A DNA stretch of 63,037 nt, the filler included. It is 5 parts of 5 records of this genome, joined end to end, with 100 filler letters (N's around TTAATTAATTAA, not from the genome) between each part and the next. Parts side by side here need not be neighbours in the genome. Positions count along the whole stretch, not along the records: positions 9,023 to 17,276 come from DRR723986_9205; positions 17,377 to 23,051 come from DRR723986_9209; 3 more parts are not named here. One strand, written 5' to 3'. The position numbers and the translations under genes were made by a program. The notes beneath the pieces are model-generated. The model had not been told where the DNA came from. It worked only from the letters and a program-made list of their open reading frames with translations, and ran no database searches. This document shows positions 10,497 to 20,790 of the stretch, in pieces (the first letter of the stretch is position 1; each line of letters opens with the position of its first letter).

Positions 10497-13400
10497 TCAG
10501 GCCGCTGTGAGGTACTTGTCGATATCAACTTCGTCAATTTGTGACGGATCGAGATAGCGTCGCGCATACTCCTCATAGACTTTCTCCCGCAGGAAAAGGT
10601 TAAAGCAGTCTCGATCAATGTGCTTGTCCTCCACCATTTTGCTGAGAATATCGATCGCAACACTCACTGGTTTTGCTTTTTTGTACGGGCGGTCGGCGGC
10701 AGTAAGGGCCTCGAAGACATCGGCCACGGCCATGATTCTTTCCGGAATGCTCAGAGCTTCACCAGGAAGCTTCCTGGGGTATCCGGAGCCGCGCATGGTC
10801 TCGTGATGCGTGGAGGCCCAGCGCGGTACATTTTGTAATTCGGCAGGGAAGGGCAGGCTCTCCAGCATTTTGATCGTGCTTATCATGTGCTCATTGATCT
10901 TGAAGCGGTCTTCAGCAGTCAGGGTGCCGCGGGAAATCGACAGGTTGTATATCTCGCCGAGGTTGTAGAGGTTTTCCGGAATATCCATATTGATGCCGTA
11001 TTCCGGTGGATATTCGGCAGGTCGGCTGCGCTCTATGATGTGCTGGGTCTTATCGGCCAGCAGCGGCTCTTGTGCCGGTACAGGGACGGCGGGTTCACTG
11101 GCGACGCGCAGTTCCTCTACAGGTGACAGCCCGATACGGTCATCGAAATGCCGGGTCCAGGTTCGCCCGGCGATTTCCATCAGGCGTTCCTGTTTTTCGG
11201 GGGAGAGATACTCGCCCCCCACGTTACATTCGGCGATAAAGGCGTACTCATCCCGCAGGCGCTCGCGCTCGCTTTCCAGTTCCTGCAAGAGTGACGATTC
11301 CTCGGATGGTTGCTTACGCAGGGACGTCAGGTAGTGAATCTCCGCATCGCGCCACAGGACTTCAAAACGCATGCGGATTTCATGGACACGGTTGTAGATG
11401 GTTTCCAGTTTCGAGCCCTTGTCGACGATATGCTCGGGCGTGGTGATCTTGCCGCAGTCATGCAGCCACGCGGCTATGCGGTATTCGCGCCATTGCTCCT
11501 CGGAATCAAGCTTAAAGTCGGAGAACGGGCCTGAGGTGCTGCTCGATGCGTGTTTTGCCAGCATCATGGCCAGTTCTGGCACCCGCTCGCAGTGACCGCC
11601 GGTGTAGGGGGATTTCTCATCGATCGCAGCCGCGATCAAGCGGATGAATGCATCCATCAGGTCGCGTTGGGCAATCTCGTGGGCCTTGATGGCCTCGACC
11701 ATCGTCACCATGGAATCTGAGAGTTCGTGAATTTCCTTCACGTGTGAATCAATCTTCACCACCGAGTCGTATTCCCTGCGCCGCACCTTGTCATTCTCAA
11801 TCGTCAGCTGGCGAATGGGCTTTACGATAGGATTGGCGAATGCCCAGGACAGGGGCATCATGACAAGGAGGAAGCCCGCCGTGATGGTGATTGAAAGAAG
11901 CACTTTCTCCATGAAAGGCCCGACCACGGTTTCCTCTGGAACAAGAAGTCCCAGGTACAGCAGGCTGTTGTCCCCACGGGTGATTGGCTCTACATACGCG
12001 AAATACCGATCGCCTTCGTAGTTAAGTCCCAGCAACTTGCCTTGTAGGGAGGTGTCTTCCGCGACTTTGATGAACAGTGGATCCGGTACGGTGTTTGCTG
12101 TCGCTGCGTCACGGGTTTCACCCGCCTGCAGCCATTTGGCGCTCAGGGCCGCCCGCTGCTCAGGTGTGATGCTGGCGATCGCGCGATTGAGTATGTCCAC
12201 CAGTTGCTGCTGGTCATTCCCGAGCATCATATGCAGTGTCTTGGGTACTCTGGTCGCACCGAAATCGAGTGACCCATGGTACTCCAGGCCCTCCAGGTAG
12301 TAGTGCTCGGCGATGTATTTCATGATCGCTTCATTATCCAGGGCGGCGTCGGCCTCGCCTTGAAGCACCATTTGCAGAGCGCCCAGTGTCGTCGTGGGCT
12401 CGACAACCAGGATCTCGGGGAAGGCCGCGCGTACCACCGGATTGATGGACCAGCCGGCCGGTATGGCTAGTCTTTTACCGGACAACTTGGTGAGCTGGTC
12501 CAGACCGATGCTGCCCTCCCGGGTAGCAAGAGCAAAGGGGAGTTCCATGATGGCTCGTGATGCCAGTCCCCAATCCTCGTTGTTCTCGGTGAGTATTACG
12601 GGTTGCAGGATGTCCAGCTCGCCCCGGTTGAAGGCTTGGGTGAGTTCAGCCCAGCTCATGCCATTAACGAACTCGATGTCCAGTCCGAGGGCATCGGCGA
12701 CTAGGCGAATAACGTCGGGGGAGTAGCCGTAGGGTTCGCCCCGGATTGCGTAATCGATAGGCGGCCAGTCCAGTTCATTGGCAATGCTCAGGGTGCCCAG
12801 GGAGTCGATGTACTCTTTCTCTTCATCGGTCAGGGCAAAGTTGAGTGGCGGTATGCCCGCGAGGCCACCTGTTACCTCCGCGCTTGAGGCCATGATTTCC
12901 CCTTCGCGCTTGTAGACGAAGAGTTCACCTTCGGACGCAACATCCTGGGAACGCAGGAAGTCGGAGATCGACTCCAGCAACATATCAAAACCAACAACGG
13001 TATCGCTGTCCATGACCTGCGCAGAGATAGTCCGCCCGGGCTGGCCCAGCTGCGCGAACAGGTACGGGTCACTGGTGTATCCCTGTGGGTTGGCGAGGGC
13101 TTCGTTATACCAGGGGCGCTCCCTTGGATCGAAGTCCGTTACTTCTGAGCGCTCAACCCGTTGCTGGAAATTGCTATTCAGATAGCGAAAGGTTCGCCGC
13201 CGCTCGCTTCCTTCACCCCGGATTTCAATGATCAGCCACTTGTCATCTGGAACGGCAAGCAGCTTGGAGCGCGCAGTCTTCGCTGCGTCGAGGTTAACCA
13301 GTTCCAGGAAGGTACCATCCGGGTGGCCGAGATAAATGCCGTAGAACAGTGGGTTGCGGCGCATCACCCCGGCGATCATCTCCAGCTCTTTGCCGTCCAG

Positions 13401-13664
13401 CTGACTGTCGGCCAGTTGCCCGTTTTGGGAGATCAGAGTGACGACGTTGTTGGTCTGTGTAGTCAGGCTTTGCCAATTGGATGCGACGCTATCGGATGCG
13501 GTGGTGTAGAGATCAGAGGCCGCTTCGCCGGCCAGCATGCGACCAAAGTAATACTGGAGGCTAATTGCGACGCCAGCCGTTAAGCTGGTGGCGAGAATGA
13601 AGACCAGAACCACGGTCATGCGGATGGTGATTTCACCACGTTGCTGTCGCTTGTTAATGGCCAC
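10497..13664 (-). CDS. Membrane HD-GYP c-di-GMP phosphodiesterase (Cache, periplasmic-binding, HAMP and HD-GYP domains)
   Basis: Two TM helices, DPRERPWY Cache motif, DWPPIDY...G.P.GY binding-protein segment, KSPYTGGHCERV, HDCGK, HHE..GSGYP, ADVFEALT..DRPYK. Confidence 0.9.
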   Translation of the reverse strand: MAINKRQQRGEITIRMTVVLVFILATSLTAGVAISLQYYFGRMLAGEAASDLYTTASDSVASNWQSLTTQTNNVVTLISQNGQLADSQLDGKELEMIAGVMRRNPLFYGIYLGHPDGTFLELVNLDAAKTARSKLLAVPDDKWLIIEIRGEGSERRRTFRYLNSNFQQRVERSEVTDFDPRERPWYNEALANPQGYTSDPYLFAQLGQPGRTISAQVMDSDTVVGFDMLLESISDFLRSQDVASEGELFVYKREGEIMASSAEVTGGLAGIPPLNFALTDEEKEYIDSLGTLSIANELDWPPIDYAIRGEPYGYSPDVIRLVADALGLDIEFVNGMSWAELTQAFNRGELDILQPVILTENNEDWGLASRAIMELPFALATREGSIGLDQLTKLSGKRLAIPAGWSINPVVRAAFPEILVVEPTTTLGALQMVLQGEADAALDNEAIMKYIAEHYYLEGLEYHGSLDFGATRVPKTLHMMLGNDQQQLVDILNRAIASITPEQRAALSAKWLQAGETRDAATANTVPDPLFIKVAEDTSLQGKLLGLNYEGDRYFAYVEPITRGDNSLLYLGLLVPEETVVGPFMEKVLLSITITAGFLLVMMPLSWAFANPIVKPIRQLTIENDKVRRREYDSVVKIDSHVKEIHELSDSMVTMVEAIKAHEIAQRDLMDAFIRLIAAAIDEKSPYTGGHCERVPELAMMLAKHASSSTSGPFSDFKLDSEEQWREYRIAAWLHDCGKITTPEHIVDKGSKLETIYNRVHEIRMRFEVLWRDAEIHYLTSLRKQPSEESSLLQELESERERLRDEYAFIAECNVGGEYLSPEKQERLMEIAGRTWTRHFDDRIGLSPVEELRVASEPAVPVPAQEPLLADKTQHIIERSRPAEYPPEYGINMDIPENLYNLGEIYNLSISRGTLTAEDRFKINEHMISTIKMLESLPFPAELQNVPRWASTHHETMRGSGYPRKLPGEALSIPERIMAVADVFEALTAADRPYKKAKPVSVAIDILSKMVEDKHIDRDCFNLFLREKVYEEYARRYLDPSQIDEVDIDKYLTAA

Positions 13665-13941
13665 ATCAATTTCCCGGAAAGAACATCGTCATCAAGAGTA
13701 AAGCATCGAATTTGAGCCTGTCACGTCTTACTTCATCCACGGCCAGGTTCTGTGACGTATAAAGTAGGCTGAGTGACAGCCCGAGCCGACGCAATAGCAC
13801 ACTTTCTGCAGGGTTAATGGTTGCCCCCAGGGCCCGGGCCGGGTTCTGGAACTTCCATGTTATTCCTGTAAACTTTCGCGTTGGTTTCGCTCAGGTAGTG
13901 GGCGAAGCAGGATAGAACCCTCCAGAAGACAGGTAACCACC

Positions 13942-15057
13942 ATGTTCAAGCAAACAAGATTGCTACAGGCAATACTGGCGCCAGCGCTGCTGACGCTTGC
14001 TGCCTGTTCCGATGATAATAATTCCAGCAGTGCAGCGGTGCAGCCCCCCGAGCCGGAACCGGTTCCTTTCCAGGAACTCTATGACCAGGGCGTTGACCGC
14101 TACCTCGGTGAGTTCACCCCGATGCTGTCTGAGTCCAGTGGCGATCTGGTCAACCATGCGTTTGGCGCTGGTGATGGGCCGCTCTGCCTTCGGGGCGGCG
14201 AGTACACCATGGCCACCCGCGACGTTGGCGGTGACGAGTTGGTCATTTTCCTTCAGGGCGGCGGTGCGTGCTGGTCAACCTTCTGTGCTGCAACAGAGGA
14301 GGCTGCTCCCGGGCTGCCGGCAGTAGGCCTGCTGGATCAGACCCGCGCTGACAACCCGACCGCTGACTGGAACACCGTGTACCTGCCTTACTGTGACGGC
14401 TCCGTTTTCTCCGGCGATGCCGACTTCGATGACGACGGCGATGGCACCACGGATCGCTACCAGCGCGGACTCAGGAACCTGTCAGCTGGCCTCGATGTTG
14501 CGGCCAATACCTTCCCCGCGCCGTCGCGTATCCTGCTGACCGGTATCAGTGCCGGCGGCTTTGGTACCGACTATGCGCTGCCGCTGGTTCGTAAGCTGTA
14601 CCCTGATGTGCCGATCGAGTTGATTAACGACAGTGGCGTGGGCGTTGCCAAGCCGGGATTCACCGAGGAGCTGGCAGCAGAGTGGAATGCTGAGGCCTTT
14701 ATCCCCGAGAGCTGTCCAGACTGTATTGATGAGGGCGGTCACCTGACCAACTACCACAAATATCAGCTGGATCAGGATCCGGATCTGCGGATGGGCTTTA
14801 TGAGCACCAAGCAGGACACGGTGATTGCCGATGTCTTCGTCATGATCGGCGGGCCGGCCTTCGAGGCGGAATTGCTCCCCGAAATGGCTGAGCTGCGTGA
14901 TGCCTACCCGGAGCGGTTCCGTAGCCTGATAGCGGATGGTAACGCCCATACCTTCCTGCTGTTCGCTTTCGACCGACCGGTAGGTGGTACCACGGTATCC
15001 CAGTGGGTTACGGATATGCTTTCAGGCTCGGACGATTGGCAGTCGGTCAGCGACTGA
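13942..15057 (+). CDS. Pectinacetylesterase/Notum-like lipoprotein hydrolase
   Basis: Lipobox LAAC, FLQGGGACW, YLPYCDGS, nucleophile motif GISAGG. Confidence 0.8.
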   Translation: MFKQTRLLQAILAPALLTLAACSDDNNSSSAAVQPPEPEPVPFQELYDQGVDRYLGEFTPMLSESSGDLVNHAFGAGDGPLCLRGGEYTMATRDVGGDELVIFLQGGGACWSTFCAATEEAAPGLPAVGLLDQTRADNPTADWNTVYLPYCDGSVFSGDADFDDDGDGTTDRYQRGLRNLSAGLDVAANTFPAPSRILLTGISAGGFGTDYALPLVRKLYPDVPIELINDSGVGVAKPGFTEELAAEWNAEAFIPESCPDCIDEGGHLTNYHKYQLDQDPDLRMGFMSTKQDTVIADVFVMIGGPAFEAELLPEMAELRDAYPERFRSLIADGNAHTFLLFAFDRPVGGTTVSQWVTDMLSGSDDWQSVSD

Positions 15058-15069
15058 TTTCTTGGGAAC

Positions 15070-15103
15070 AAAAAAAGGCCGCGCAGTGCGCGGCCTTTTT
15101 TTT
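15070..15103. terminator. Bidirectional rho-independent terminator
   Basis: A7-GGCCGCGC-AGT-GCGCGGCC-T8 between convergent genes. Confidence 0.9.
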
Positions 15104-15114
15104 ACATCGATTCC

Positions 15115-17276
15115 TCAGGGGATACAGTCACCGAGGGCATCACGCGACCCATCTTCCACTGAGGTATCAACCAGGCCTGCGTTGCAGACGAAGGTCCTTA
15201 CCGTATCACCCACGGAAACCGTCAATGTGCCAGTTGTATCCGGCAGGGTTGTCGCCGTGCAGCTGTTGTAGTCCACGGTGCCTTCCTGGATGAAGCTCAC
15301 GCCGAACGCGCCAGTAGCGGTGGTATTGGGAACCGTGGTGCTGGTGAGCCCCTCGAGTTCACAGGGTGCAGTCACGGACACTGAGATACTTGTGTTGGCG
15401 GCCGGCTGATTATTGAAGATGTCAGAGATATAGACATTGTACTGGTTCCCAAACTGGGTGCTGGTTGCGGGTGTTCTGCCGCGATACAGACCAATGAACC
15501 ACTCTGAATCTGCCGAGAGAATCACGATCGATTGAGTTCTGACGTTAACCAGATCCCTGCTGCAGAATACGCCATCGCCCTCCGGTGGGCACAGTGTACC
15601 GTTGTATAGCGGCGGGTTGTCGTTAGTGTCGTAGATCCCGTTGTTATTGAAGTCAACGAAGGTCTCCTCAAAGCCGGCAGCATCACAGTCTGCGGCAGAG
15701 GTTGGCGGGTTGGGGCAGTTGGGCCCAAGCGCAGGTGTGTATACCCCGTCCTCGTTATGATCGATGAATGCCTCCGGCAGGTTTACGAACGGTTCGCCAT
15801 CGTCATACTGGCCGTTGCCATTCTGGTCGACGAAGGACTCTTCGCCCAGCGCGGTGACCAGAATAGTAGAGCGTCCGCCGCGAATACCGCCCAGGTCATC
15901 CGGGCAGGGGCCAGAAGCACCGTTGTGGCTGGGGCACGAGTAGTCAGGGTCAGTGATCGTCTTGATCACATCAGTGTTAATGTCCGGGAACCTCGGTGCC
16001 TGGCTTGTCCAGGTGACCGAGCAGGAACCACCAGCCAGGACGCATGAGCTTTCGATGGCACCATACTCGGTAGTGAATATCGCACTGGTTCCATCGGGTA
16101 CAGGGTTATTGTACTTGTCGGCCATCCGCACGGTGAGTTCACGTGTCTTGCCGTCCACGGTGAAGCCTTCTTCAACCACGAACCCACCCGCTACTGAGAG
16201 ACTGATGGAGTTCTGGTCAGGGAGGCCGGTTGTAACTACCAGCACGTCAGATGTCGTGGACAGGTCGGAATCGTCGATCCTGGCAAAAACACGTACGGCC
16301 GTCGCCACATTGCCGGAGAAAACCGTTGTAGTCACCAGACCATTGGCATCGCTTCGATCCTTCAGGTTACCCAGCGATAGACCCCCAACTTCGGTCGACA
16401 GCGAGAAGTTCACATCGACGTCAGAGACTGGATTATTACCAGCATCGACAACAGCAAAAGTTACCGTCGAAGATTCCTGGCGACTTGCCCCGCCGCCGGT
16501 TCCTTTAAGAACGATCAGCTCGGGTGCTGCGCTTTGGAATGAAATCGCACCGGCTGTGAGCTCCGCTATTGTTATCGTTCCCAAAGCCTGGTTGCCGGAA
16601 CCCGAGAGCGTGGCTGTTATGGTGTCATCGCCCTCACAACCGGCAGCCGTATAATCTACCGTGATCTGGCCGGTAACCAATACCGGGCTTGCCGGGGTAA
16701 GCGTTGCCTTGTTACTGACCAGGCATTCACTGGTAACCCTGACGTCTTCCTCGGTATCGGCCCGTCGATCGTCCTCGTCTACCACTGCGAAAGTCAGGGT
16801 AGCGGTGCCCGCCGGTGACAGCTGCTCATCTGGCTCCACCAGGATCTGCCCCTCGATGAAGCTGCCATTATCAAAATAGCCCAGTCTCAGGCCCGCGAGG
16901 CCAACCTGGTAGTTCAGCGACGCTTCGCCGACACCATCCTCGGAATCGACGGTGACAGTGATGGTATCCGCGCCGTTGGTGCCTGCGGTTTCAAGCTGGA
17001 AGGTGGCGACACCGGTTTCATCGGTGAGCGCCGTACCTGAGGCCGGGGTGATCGCTGCGAGGGCCGTGGTTACCGTGACGATTTCGCCCTCAACCGGGTT
17101 TTCCTGGTTGCGGTCGAAGCTGACCGTCACCTTGACCGTAGCCGGGCGAGAGGAGGTAACGGTTGTGGTGGGATTACCGTCCGGGTCCAATAACTCCAGG
17201 GTGACGACATAATTTCTCACGTCACCGCCTTCCCCAGGGATGAAACCGCCACCGCCGCCGCCACCACCACCGCCGC
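15115..17276 (-). CDS. Invasin-like Ig-domain surface protein, 5'-truncated
   Basis: Thr/Val-rich Big_1-like repeats (TDETGVA, SDANGLV), D.YNNPVPDGT..F.TE.G, DxNxNG calcium-binding-like repeats. Confidence 0.75.
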
Positions 17277-17376
17277 NNNNNNNNNNNNNNNNNNNNNNNN
17301 NNNNNNNNNNNNNNNNNNNNTTAATTAATTAANNNNNNNNNNNNNNNNNNNNNNNNNNNNNNNNNNNNNNNNNNNN
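17277..17376. other. Artificial contig spacer
   Basis: N block with TTAATTAATTAA. Confidence 0.99.
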
Positions 17377-18054
17377 GAGTTCACGCCCTTCCTGCAGGAC
17401 GATTTCATCGACGGGATAGAGGTCGAGGTGAACCGTTCCGGCGTGCTGCCCGCGCGGGTGATGTCGCGGACCATGTCCTTCCTGCGCTCCAACGACCTCG
17501 TCTACGGCCCGGCGATCCGCAGCTACATGCTGGGAGAGACCCCGCCCGCCTTCGACCTGCTGTTCTGGAACGGAGACAGCACCAACCTGCCCGGGCGCAT
17601 GACGATGCAGTACCTGCGCGGCCTCTGCCAGCGCAACGAGTTCTCGGAAGGCACCTTCGAGCTGATGGGGCATACCCTGTCGGTCCGGGACGTGGACGTG
17701 CCGCTGATGGCGGTGGTGGCCCAGACCGACCACATCGCCGCGTGGAAGGACTGCTACCGGGGCGTGCAGAAGATGGGCAGCGCGTCCAAGACCTTCGTGC
17801 TCTCCGAATCGGGCCATATCGCCGGGATCGTGAACCCGCCCAGCAAGAAGAAATACGGCCATTACACCAACGACGACCTTTCGGCCGACGCCGAGGGCTG
17901 GCTGGCCGGCGCGAAGGCCCACGAGGGTTCGTGGTGGCCGCGCTGGCACGACTGGCTGGCAGAGCGCTCCGGCGAGATGGTGGCGGCCCGCAAGCCCAAG
18001 GACAGCGGCCTCGGCGCGGCCCCGGGCAGCTACGTCAAGATCAAGGCGGGCTGA
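17377..18054 (+). CDS. phaC: Class I PHA synthase, C-terminal part
   Basis: LRSNDL, FDLLFWNGDSTNLPG, DHIA.W, SGHIAGIVNPP, GSWWP.W..WL, APGSYV. Confidence 0.93.
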   Translation, partial: EFTPFLQDDFIDGIEVEVNRSGVLPARVMSRTMSFLRSNDLVYGPAIRSYMLGETPPAFDLLFWNGDSTNLPGRMTMQYLRGLCQRNEFSEGTFELMGHTLSVRDVDVPLMAVVAQTDHIAAWKDCYRGVQKMGSASKTFVLSESGHIAGIVNPPSKKKYGHYTNDDLSADAEGWLAGAKAHEGSWWPRWHDWLAERSGEMVAARKPKDSGLGAAPGSYVKIKAG

Positions 18055-18112
18055 CACCCGTCTGCGACCGCTGCGCCGGGCCCCCCCGGGCGCAGCGGAG
18101 AGGGCGCGGGGG

Positions 18113-18364
18113 GCACGGATCTCCGCCGGTGTGGGACCGCCGTAGCGCAGCCCCCCTCGGGGCTGAAAGCCCACTATACGCGACGCGGGTCCGCCGCCGC
18201 ATGGTTCCTCCTCTGTGCCCTACGCCTGCGCGCTCTGGCAAAGCGGACAGCACGCGGTGCAAGGCGCGGGTCGCCAAGGCACGGAACTCCACCGACACAC
18301 GGCACGGGTCCACCCGCCCCAGCGGGCAGCGCAGGGCCCGCCAATGCACGGATCTCCGCCGGTG
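18113..18364 (+). repeat. Intergenic direct repeat GCACGGATCTCCGCCGGTG (2 exact copies plus degenerate units)
   Basis: Exact 19-mers at 18113-18131 and 18346-18364; GCACGG-started variants near 18279 and 18302. Confidence 0.7.
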
Positions 18365-18423
18365 CGCCGCACCGGACCGCTTGCCCGATTGAGCCGCCCG
18401 CACGCAGTCGCTAAGACTGCGCC

Positions 18424-19059
18424 ATGACCCGTCTCGCTGCCCTCGCCCTGTTGCTGCTGCCCTCTGCCGGGCTGGCCCATCCGCATATCTTCGTCGATGC
18501 CTCCGCCGGGATGCGCCTCGACGATCAGGGCCGTGTGACCGGCCTGCGCATCGTCTGGCTGTACGACGGGATGACCACGCTCAACCTTTATGTGCAGCTG
18601 GGCCTCGACGAGGATGGCGACGGGGCGCTGGACGAGGCCGATCTTGCCCGCGTCGCACAGGGAGAGACCGACTGGGCGCCCGACTATCCCGGCGACACCT
18701 ACCTCTTCGCCGAGGGCGCGCCGGTGGCTCTGGCACGGCCCGAGAACGGCACGGCGCGGATGGTCGACGACCGGATCGAAGTGACCTTCGACCTGCCTCT
18801 GGCAGAGCCGCTCCCGGTCACGGACGGCCTTGTGCTGAAGCTCTATGACCCGACCTATTTCTACGCCTATTCGGTGGTCGACACGCTGGAACCCGCGCCC
18901 CTGCCGGGGGACTGCGCGCTGTCCGTGATCCCCTTCGAGCCGTCCGAGGCCGATGCCGCCGCGCAGCGGGCCCTTGCCGCGCTCTCGGCGGAAGACGTGC
19001 CCGAAGACCCGCAGATCGGCGCCCGCTTTGCCGACGAGATCCACCTGACATGCGGCTGA
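18424..19059 (+). CDS. DUF1007-family periplasmic protein
   Basis: Signal peptide followed by AHPHIFVD; YDPTYF motif. Confidence 0.88.
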   Translation: MTRLAALALLLLPSAGLAHPHIFVDASAGMRLDDQGRVTGLRIVWLYDGMTTLNLYVQLGLDEDGDGALDEADLARVAQGETDWAPDYPGDTYLFAEGAPVALARPENGTARMVDDRIEVTFDLPLAEPLPVTDGLVLKLYDPTYFYAYSVVDTLEPAPLPGDCALSVIPFEPSEADAAAQRALAALSAEDVPEDPQIGARFADEIHLTCG

Positions 19060-20366
19060 CGCTGGCCCTCGGCGGCGCGCTGGCCCTTGTGCTTGTCCTG
19101 ACGTGGGCCGCCACCGGGCCGCAGGCAGAGGCGCTGTTCCACTGGGCGGCGATGCAGCAGCGCGAGGTGCAGAACGCCATGGCCGGGGCGCTGCGGGCGA
19201 TCCGGGGCGGCGACGGGCTGGCGCTGGCCGGGCTGTGCGGCCTCAGCGCCGCCTATGGCTTTCTCCATGCCTTCGGGCCGGGGCACGGCAAGGTGCTGCT
19301 CGGCGGCGCGGCCATGGCCGGGGGCGTGCACTTTCGCCGGATGGCATGGATCGGGCTGGCCGCCAGTCTGGGGCAATCGGTGACGGCGATCCTGATGGTT
19401 ACGATCGGCGCCGGTCTGGTCGCGGCGGCAGGCGGCGGAGAGGCGCTGGCCGAGGGCCTGCTGACCGAGGTCAGCCGCTGGATCGTCGTGGCGATCGGGG
19501 CGGTGATCGCTTGGCGCGGCGCGCGGCGGCTGTGGCGCCTGCAAGGGGCGGACGCCGCGCAGGCCGCGGTCGGCCCTGCGCTGGCGGCGCAGCCCGTGCA
19601 GGCTGCCGCCGGATACGGAACCGGCTTCTCGACGCGGAGACCGGACGGCCTCCATGCCGCCGACCCCGCGCAGCGGACGCGGGCCTTGGACATGGCCGCT
19701 TCCATGGGGCGAGAAACCCACGCCAAAGCCTCGGGCGACTCGCCGCAGCATGACCGCGATGCGACGAGCGCCCCCCACCAGCACGCCGGGCACGAGGCCC
19801 ACCACCCCGCGAGCCACGACGCTCACCACCATGACAGCCTCGGCGCCAATCACCACGCCGGGGACGACACCGACCGCCACGCCGGGGTCGGCGCGAAGCG
19901 CGACACCACCCCGCACGCCCACCACCATGCCGGTCACGACGCTCACCGCCACGCTGCGCAGCACCCCCACGATCACCCTCACCGGCACGGCGCGCATGAT
20001 GCGGCCTGCGGCTGCGGCCATGCGCATGGCCCCACGGTCGAGGAGGTCGCGGCGCTGTCGTCATGGCGCGAGACAGTGGCGCTGATCCTCGGGGTCGCCA
20101 TCCGACCCTGCACCGGGGCGCTCTTCCTTCTGGCGATCTCCTTCGGGCTGAAGATCCCGCTCGCGGGGATCCTCGCGACGCTGGCCATGGGCCTCGGCAC
20201 CGCTGGCTTCAACCTGCTGGCCATCGCCGGGGGCGGCCTCTTCGGGCGCCTGCTGCGTCAGCGCACGCCGCTTTCCGTGGGCGCCGGTCCAGTGCTGGTC
20301 GGATCCGGCCTGCAACTGGCCGCCGGCGCGGTCATCGTCATCCTGACGCTCGGCCTGACCGCCTGA
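19050..20366 (+). CDS. Nickel/cobalt transporter (RcnA/NicO-like) with long His-rich loop
   Basis: YGFLHAFGPGHGK, His-rich loop ending CGCGHAHGP, IRPCTGA; overlaps DUF1007 gene. Confidence 0.88.
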   Translation: MRLTLALGGALALVLVLTWAATGPQAEALFHWAAMQQREVQNAMAGALRAIRGGDGLALAGLCGLSAAYGFLHAFGPGHGKVLLGGAAMAGGVHFRRMAWIGLAASLGQSVTAILMVTIGAGLVAAAGGGEALAEGLLTEVSRWIVVAIGAVIAWRGARRLWRLQGADAAQAAVGPALAAQPVQAAAGYGTGFSTRRPDGLHAADPAQRTRALDMAASMGRETHAKASGDSPQHDRDATSAPHQHAGHEAHHPASHDAHHHDSLGANHHAGDDTDRHAGVGAKRDTTPHAHHHAGHDAHRHAAQHPHDHPHRHGAHDAACGCGHAHGPTVEEVAALSSWRETVALILGVAIRPCTGALFLLAISFGLKIPLAGILATLAMGLGTAGFNLLAIAGGGLFGRLLRQRTPLSVGAGPVLVGSGLQLAAGAVIVILTLGLTA

Positions 20367-20480
20367 GCCGGACACCAACGGGCGCCGCCCCGCTCCGACG
20401 ACCTCCGCCAACTCAAGGTGACCCTGCCCCCAACCGCCGCGCGTCCGGCACCGGCCAAGCCCGGCTGCGTTCCGGATAAA

Positions 20481-20631
20481 CCCCTCCGGTGTCCGGAACC
20501 GCCCGAGCCCCTCCGACGCCCCACTCCGGTCGCCCCTCCCATGCCCGCACCGGCTGCGTCTCACCCGTGTCCCTCACCGGCCGCCCTTCGCCCTCCCGCA
20601 TCGCGAAAGCCCCTCCGGTGTCCCGAACCGC
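20481..20631 (+). repeat. Intergenic 22-nt direct repeat CCCCTCCGGTGTCCsGAACCGC
   Basis: Copies at 20481-20502 and 20610-20631 with one mismatch. Confidence 0.65.
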
Positions 20632-20790
20632 TCGCCGTCGACCGTCGCAGGGGCAGCCTCGCGCCCGCAAAGCACCGCCGCGGCCTGCCCCGCCACGGAT
20701 CGCGGGCAATTTCGGTCGGGCCATGGTCATCCGCCTTGGCCTCTCCCGGGGCATGGAGTAACCTCCCGGCAAACAAGAAAGGTTCTGCCC

